DNA of 59,582 nucleotides from Cellvibrionales bacterium (GTDB lineage Bacteria; Pseudomonadota; Gammaproteobacteria; Pseudomonadales; Porticoccaceae): NCBI GenBank assembly GCA_002746135.1, contig NVWE01000003.1, positions 168,065 to 227,646 of the forward strand, read 5' to 3'. Shown piece by piece: positions 54,456 to 59,582 of this stretch (position 1 is its first letter; each line of letters starts with the position of its first letter). The notes under the pieces were generated by a model. It saw only the letters and a program-made list of their open reading frames with translations, ran no database searches and was not told where the DNA came from. The position numbers and the translations under genes were made by a program.

Positions 54456-54737
54456 ATGCCGGAGAAGTTTACCAACTACACTCTCGAGCACTTATTTGGC
54501 GACGTCTGGCAGGGGGAAGAATTAAGCCTGGAGCAGCGCTCGCTGATAACCTGCACCATTCTTGTCGCTCTTAACCGCGAAGCCGAGCAGCGCATTCACT
54601 TCCCCGGGGCGAAGAACCTCGGGGTCAAGCGCGAACAACTGGAGGCGATGATTACCCACGCGGCCCACTATGCGGGCTGGCCAGTGGCGGCTAGCGCCTT
54701 TCGCGTATTGGCAGAAGTTTGGCCTGCTGATGATTAA
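54456..54737 (+). CDS. carboxymuconolactone decarboxylase-family protein, possibly with a frameshifted N-terminus
   Basis: LEHLFGDVWQGEELSLEQRSLITCTILVAL..HFPGAKNLGV..EQLEAMITHAAHYAGWP. The same frame is open and protein-like back to 54372 but has no start codon there, while an SD-preceded ATG at 54364 is in another frame. Confidence 0.6.
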   Translation: MPEKFTNYTLEHLFGDVWQGEELSLEQRSLITCTILVALNREAEQRIHFPGAKNLGVKREQLEAMITHAAHYAGWPVAASAFRVLAEVWPADD

Positions 54738-54760
54738 ATAAGTTGTTCTAAAAAGGTGTT

Positions 54761-56500
54761 TTAGAAAACCAGCGAAAAACAAAGGGCAACAAACAACACC
54801 CCAGACAGGGCCTGCCAAAATAACAAAGGGTTAGCTTCAAGCAAGGCACTGCCTTCGCCTTTTTTATATTTTGGATTGGGGTTTTTTAATTCGTATAAGA
54901 ACTCAGACACGTCGTCATAGCGACGTTCGGGATTGAAGCGTAGACCTCTTTTAACAGCACCATCTATCCAGATAGGTATAAGAGGGTTTATGTCAAAACA
55001 AGGGATATATTTCGTCTTCAAATAAGCCTTTGAAGTACGACAATCCTCAAGTTTTCCTGCAAACGGAGGCTCACCGGTCAGCATTTCATAAACAATAACG
55101 GCCAGAGAGAAAATATCCGATTGCACGGTACTTTTAGCATTAATCACCACTTCCGGTGCGGAATAGGATGCAGTGCCCAGTATCCCCTCGCGATCAAGTG
55201 GCGTGGCAATTTCTGCAATACCTTGAATAAAACAGGAACCAAAATCGATAATTTTTGCCTGGCCATTGCGGTCAATGAGGATATTTCCCGGCTTAATATC
55301 CTGGTGCAGGGTTTCTCGATTATGAAAAGCTCTTATGCCTTTAACGATTTGTTGGACTAAAAGAATGACATCTTGCACGGCGGGCTTTGGGTTTTCTTTA
55401 ATCCAGCGCTCCAGTGTTATACCGTCGACATATTCAGTGAGGTAGTACAAACAAGATTTGGATTTTTCATTATCAACAACCTTGGCAACGTGGGGGCTAT
55501 CGATTCGACTGCCTATCCAGCTCTCCATAACAAAGCGGTCAATGTAGCCTAAATCATCGTCAAAATTCACCGACGGGGTTTTCATACAATAGCGGGTGTC
55601 AGTTTCAATATCACAAACCATGTACACCTGGCTGCGGTTACTGGCATGTAACTCTCGCTCGACGCGATAGCCGTCCAATATCATGCCCGGTTCTAGCAGT
55701 GGCGGGAAAGGTAACTCCGAGAGTTTGCGATTAACATCATCAATAGTCTGTTGGGGAAAACTATCAACGCGTAAAATCTGACAACTTAAATTGTCACCGC
55801 TATTATTTTCGAGGGCAATATCAATCAGAATTGAACAACATTCATCGAACTTCTGTTCTTCAGTCTCGCCAACCAGCGTCTGTAGTGATGCTCTTATATC
55901 CCTGCCTTTAACAAAGTCATGAATACCATCGGTACTGAGAAAAAAGATATCGCCAATTTCAAGATCAACGCTGCGATAGTCGACATCGAGCTTCACATCC
56001 AGGCCCATGGCCCGCGCCAAATACGACTGATCAGCACCCACATAGGTGGTGTGATCACGGGTCAGCTGCTCAAGATCATTATCACGTAAGCGATAAATAC
56101 GGGAATCGCCGACATGGAAAACATGGGCTGTTTGCGATTTGAAAATAACCGCGCTGAAGGTGCTGATATACCCTTTTTGAGCATCGGTAAAACTACGGCC
56201 CTGACCAAACAACCAGCGATTGAGCGCTGTAAGCACCTGAGTAGTCGATTTAGTGACCCCCCAACTATCGGGTGTTGAATAATAATCAGAAAGGAAATTG
56301 TGCACACAGGTTTCGCTCGCTTCCTTTCCTGCTTCTGCTGCACTGACACCGTCGGCAATAACAGCAACCGCGCCTTTATTCGTCAGTGTTAGCCCTTCGG
56401 GAATACGAATGCCGATGGCATCTTCATTCTGCGGCTTTACGCCGGCCACCGAATGCTGGGCTATGGTGAAGCTTAGGTGTGCTACCGACTGATCTGACAT
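54761..56500 (-). CDS. bifunctional PP2C phosphatase / Ser-Thr protein kinase with a C-terminal TM helix
   Basis: 579 aa. PP2C motifs (AVIADGVS, FHVGDSRIY, LSTDGIHD). Kinase motifs (YCMKTP, HQDIKPGNILI, DFGS, SYSAPE). C-terminal LLFWQALSGVLFVALCFSLVF. Confidence 0.8.
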   Translation of the reverse strand: MSDQSVAHLSFTIAQHSVAGVKPQNEDAIGIRIPEGLTLTNKGAVAVIADGVSAAEAGKEASETCVHNFLSDYYSTPDSWGVTKSTTQVLTALNRWLFGQGRSFTDAQKGYISTFSAVIFKSQTAHVFHVGDSRIYRLRDNDLEQLTRDHTTYVGADQSYLARAMGLDVKLDVDYRSVDLEIGDIFFLSTDGIHDFVKGRDIRASLQTLVGETEEQKFDECCSILIDIALENNSGDNLSCQILRVDSFPQQTIDDVNRKLSELPFPPLLEPGMILDGYRVERELHASNRSQVYMVCDIETDTRYCMKTPSVNFDDDLGYIDRFVMESWIGSRIDSPHVAKVVDNEKSKSCLYYLTEYVDGITLERWIKENPKPAVQDVILLVQQIVKGIRAFHNRETLHQDIKPGNILIDRNGQAKIIDFGSCFIQGIAEIATPLDREGILGTASYSAPEVVINAKSTVQSDIFSLAVIVYEMLTGEPPFAGKLEDCRTSKAYLKTKYIPCFDINPLIPIWIDGAVKRGLRFNPERRYDDVSEFLYELKNPNPKYKKGEGSALLEANPLLFWQALSGVLFVALCFSLVF

Positions 56501-56549
56501 TTGACCTCGCTAGTTTCTACTCACTCATTTCTACTACAGCACCGCTCAA

Positions 56550-58016
56550 TTAATGAACCTCAATCAGCTGCACTGTGCCATCGGGCATCACTTCTGCCAT
56601 TGTCCCTTTGGGCTCATCTAAAAACAACGCACAAAGCATGGCAAAAGCAATACCCCCCGCAATGGTTAAAAAGAATACCGAGGGCGATACCAGAGAGAAT
56701 ACGGTAAGAAATAGTACCGCGCCGATATTACCGTAGGCCCCAACCATACCGGCAATTTGTCCGGTAAGCCGTCGTTTGATGAGAGGTACAACGGCAAACA
56801 CACAGCCGGCCGCTGAACCGAGAAAGAAGGAGCAAAACATCATCGCCGCTACTGCCAGAGCAATGGGCCACTCAGCCGTAATTTGCGACATTAAAAAGAA
56901 GCCAAGAGCAGCCCCAGCCAAGAGAATCACCAAAGACCATTTACGACCAAACTTGTCGCTAATAAAGCCACCCGATGGGCAGGAAAAAACATCGATCACG
57001 GCAAAACAGGCACCGAACAGGCCTGCTAGCGCCACGGGGATTAGGAAGGTCTCTTTGAAGAATAGTGGCAACATTGATACCACGGCCAGTTCTGCACCAA
57101 AGGTAACGGCATAAGCGATGCTTAAAATCGCCACCTGCTTGAAATTGTATTGCATTAGCTCGTCAACAGGCGTAACGAAAATTTCTTCGTTCACTTTGTA
57201 GAGGTGATAGGTTTGAAACAGATAAAGGCCTATTAGCAAACCGTATATAACCGTTGCCGCCGTCTCGCCCAATAAGCCAAGCGCCGTTACTTTCCAGGTT
57301 AATACCGCCAGCGCACCGAACATTGGCAGGTTCATAAATACACAGAAGAAAAAATCACGCTTACTGGTCAGCTCCAAGCCACCGGACTTTTTCGGTTTAA
57401 AATAGGTTGATCCCGCCGGGGTATCGCGCACCGCACGGTAAAAGAAGACAGAAAAAACCAAGGCAATAACGCCTGTAATCGCCGTCGCGTAACGCCAACC
57501 ATCATCACCGCCAAACATAATAGCCAGAGTTGGCAGCGTTACTGCCGCTACGGCAGAACCAACATTGCCCATACCCTTATAAATACCTTCGGCCAATCCC
57601 AGCTGTTTGGCGGGGTACCACTCACTGATCAGGCGAATACCAATAACAAAACCTGCACCAACAAAGCCCATCATAAAACGCGCTAGTGCCAGCATTTCAA
57701 AGTTCGTCGCCGTCGCAAAGAAGAAACACAGCCCCGCTGTAGCCACCAACATAGCGGTGTAGGTTTTACGTGGCCCGTAGCTGTCAACCAGCATGCCGGT
57801 AATAATCCGCGCAGGAATCGTCAGCGCAACATTGAGAATCAATAGGGTCTTAATCTGCTGATCACTCAGGCCCATTGACTCTTGAATCATGGTTAATAGT
57901 GGTGCATGACTGAACCAGACTAGAAAGGTGACAAAGAAAGCCATCCAGCTCATGTGCAGAATTTGTGATTTTCCGCTAAATGACAGGAAACTGTCTTTAA
58001 GTGTCGACTCGCTCAT
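56550..58016 (-). CDS. nitrate/nitrite MFS transporter (NarK/NasA family)
   Basis: 488 aa, ~12 TM segments, with NNP-type Gly-rich signatures YKGMGNVGSAVA and VGAYGNIGAVLF. Confidence 0.8.
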   Translation of the reverse strand: MSESTLKDSFLSFSGKSQILHMSWMAFFVTFLVWFSHAPLLTMIQESMGLSDQQIKTLLILNVALTIPARIITGMLVDSYGPRKTYTAMLVATAGLCFFFATATNFEMLALARFMMGFVGAGFVIGIRLISEWYPAKQLGLAEGIYKGMGNVGSAVAAVTLPTLAIMFGGDDGWRYATAITGVIALVFSVFFYRAVRDTPAGSTYFKPKKSGGLELTSKRDFFFCVFMNLPMFGALAVLTWKVTALGLLGETAATVIYGLLIGLYLFQTYHLYKVNEEIFVTPVDELMQYNFKQVAILSIAYAVTFGAELAVVSMLPLFFKETFLIPVALAGLFGACFAVIDVFSCPSGGFISDKFGRKWSLVILLAGAALGFFLMSQITAEWPIALAVAAMMFCSFFLGSAAGCVFAVVPLIKRRLTGQIAGMVGAYGNIGAVLFLTVFSLVSPSVFFLTIAGGIAFAMLCALFLDEPKGTMAEVMPDGTVQLIEVH

Positions 58017-58354
58017 TCAGGTGCTCCGTGGTACATCAATTCAATTTAGGGCTTAACCGCTAAAGCAGGCTTAGGCAATAATTAGGCCATTCATTAAAGT
58101 CCTTAAAAACAAGCCCTGACGTATCATTTTGTAGCCAAAAACAGCTCTTATCGAGTAAGGCAAGGTTCTACGCACCATCATGTGTAGCTCTTCGCACCAA
58201 AGATGCACGTCTGGGTCTGCTTAATTCCTGTTGCTTGCTCTACTTATTCATACTCGCTTTATCAGCACATCCTTTTTAAAGGTACAAGTTCTTAGGCAAC
58301 ATGGCTTACTGGTCTATAGTCAGGTTAATAAATGAATCTTCGGAGAATCTGACG

Positions 58355-58852
58355 ATGACTATGGCCTACAGCGTACAACAACATTTACATAAAGTTGGGG
58401 TCGACTACGACCTGCTAGCCCACCCAGTCTCTCACTCCAGTTTACACACGGCACACCTGGCACACCTGCCGGCATGCCAGGTCGTCAAAGCCGTGCTCTG
58501 TCACGATGGCGATAACGATTTGCTCTGTGTCATACCCTCCTCACACCGCATCGTCTTCCATTGGCTTAATCAAATGATGAACGGGCAGTATCAACTGGTC
58601 AAAGAGGATGAACTGGCGCGTGTGTTTGATGACTGTGAGCCCGGCGCAGTTCCCGCGTTGGGGCAAATCTATGGCTTTCACGTGATTTGGGATGAATGTT
58701 TGCAAGAGATGGACAACCTCTATCTGGAAAGTGGCGATCACGAGCATTTAATTCATCTCAATCAGGGGGCATTTATGCAGCTAATGGGCCTCCAGGAACA
58801 TATGACCATCAGCTGCCCAGAAGAGGAGTACGCAGAGCACTTAAGAATGTAA
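58355..58852 (+). CDS. YbaK/aminoacyl-tRNA deacylase-like domain protein
   Basis: 165 aa from ATG 58355, with SD cggaga. Overall resemblance to the YbaK/EbsC fold family (VVKAVL..., PGAVPALG). Confidence 0.5.
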   Translation: MTMAYSVQQHLHKVGVDYDLLAHPVSHSSLHTAHLAHLPACQVVKAVLCHDGDNDLLCVIPSSHRIVFHWLNQMMNGQYQLVKEDELARVFDDCEPGAVPALGQIYGFHVIWDECLQEMDNLYLESGDHEHLIHLNQGAFMQLMGLQEHMTISCPEEEYAEHLRM

Positions 58853-59141
58853 AACACGGCCCTCTCGGCATACGTCCAGTCGCTCTGGCAGCATTTTCGA
58901 GAGGTTCAAACACCACTTATAGTATGACCCCCTGTTCTCGGTGGATTTTTACCCACCGAGTTTTTTAACGCCCCGCCTATATTCGTCCGAAAATGTTGTT
59001 TAATTGTTGAGCGCTTGTCTTTATTCTTGAGCCAGCCTTGAATTCAAAAAAATAATAATGCGTTGCCCCTTTCATCACCCAGTAAACTCACCAGCATAAC
59101 GAAGACAGGGTAGCGCCCAACCAAGCCTGGAGGCATAGCCA

Positions 59142-59582
59142 ATGCAAACTGAACTGGCGAAAAAACTCGGCATTGATTTCCCTATCTTTGCTTTCACCCA
59201 TTGTCGCGACGTCGTTGCAGCCGTCACCAATGCCGGTGGTATTGGTGTACTGGGGGCCACCGGTTTTACCCCCGAGCAACTGCATATCGAACTCGACTGG
59301 ATTGACGATAAGGTCGGTGATCGACCTTATGGGGTGGATGTCATTATCCCCCGCCGTTTTGAAGGTCGAGGCGAGCGAGACATTGAAAAGCAAAGGAAAC
59401 TCGTTAAAGCGGCCATTCCCCAAGGCCATCGAGACTTTGCCCGCAAACTACTGGACGATGCCGGTGTGCCCCCCCTGCCCCCGGGTAAAAAACTCGAAGA
59501 CCGGCTATCTATGACCGATGCGGTATCAGCACCCCTGGTCGATGTCGCCCTGAGTCATAAAAATTGCAAGTTAATTGCAAAT
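59142..59582 (+). CDS. nitronate monooxygenase (2-nitropropane dioxygenase-like), 5' partial, runs off the window
   Basis: Not in the track because no stop falls in the window. ATG 59142 after ggagg. MQTELAKKLGIDFPIFAFTHCRDVVAAVTNAGGIGVLGA is the NMO N-terminal signature. Confidence 0.75.
   Translation, partial: MQTELAKKLGIDFPIFAFTHCRDVVAAVTNAGGIGVLGATGFTPEQLHIELDWIDDKVGDRPYGVDVIIPRRFEGRGERDIEKQRKLVKAAIPQGHRDFARKLLDDAGVPPLPPGKKLEDRLSMTDAVSAPLVDVALSHKNCKLIAN

Noticed and set aside
58017-58300. ANTAR/NasT-type two-hairpin antitermination leader upstream of the nitrate transporter gene
   Set aside because: By eye I could not find two adjacent hairpins with hexaloops followed by a terminator. 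A covariance-model search would be needed.

Overview
This 59.6-kb chromosomal window looks like it comes from a Gram-negative, gammaproteobacterium-like genome. Host genes occupy 1-11.4 kb: carboxyltransferase, Rieske oxygenase, prfC, dusC and yjdM. Host genes also occupy 51.5-59.6 kb: GST, carboxymuconolactone-decarboxylase (CMD)-family genes, a thioesterase, a PP2C/Ser-Thr-kinase fusion, a nitrate/nitrite MFS transporter, a YbaK-like gene and a partial nitronate monooxygenase. Between them lies an apparently complete ~40.0-kb Mu-family transposable prophage (11461-51503). Its ends are 43-bp imperfect terminal inverted repeats carrying GAGATAAAT sites 22 bp apart, with TG..CA tips and a probable 5-bp AAAAT target duplication in the yjdM-GST intergenic region. 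The architecture is BcepMu-like. The late/structural operon is on the minus strand (38158 down to 11561). The early/transposition operon is on the plus strand (42691 to 51390, ending with Mor). No rRNA, tRNA, CRISPR array or tyrosine/serine integrase was seen. The most interesting unexplained content is: (1) an AT-rich two-gene FRG-domain + DUF262 islet at 1959-3778, a candidate uncharacterised defence module; (2) a repressor-linked operon encoding two exported proteins, one a DUF1524/His-Me nuclease (41233-42601); (3) a seven-gene rightward cassette of unknown function in the middle of the prophage (38279-41228), which includes a zinc-ribbon ORF missing from the ORF track; (4) several AT-rich morons in the portal-F-G head region, one bounded by a 57-bp duplication of the MuF gene 5' end (32087-32707). 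All functional calls rest on motifs recognised by eye and on gene order. No database search was possible.
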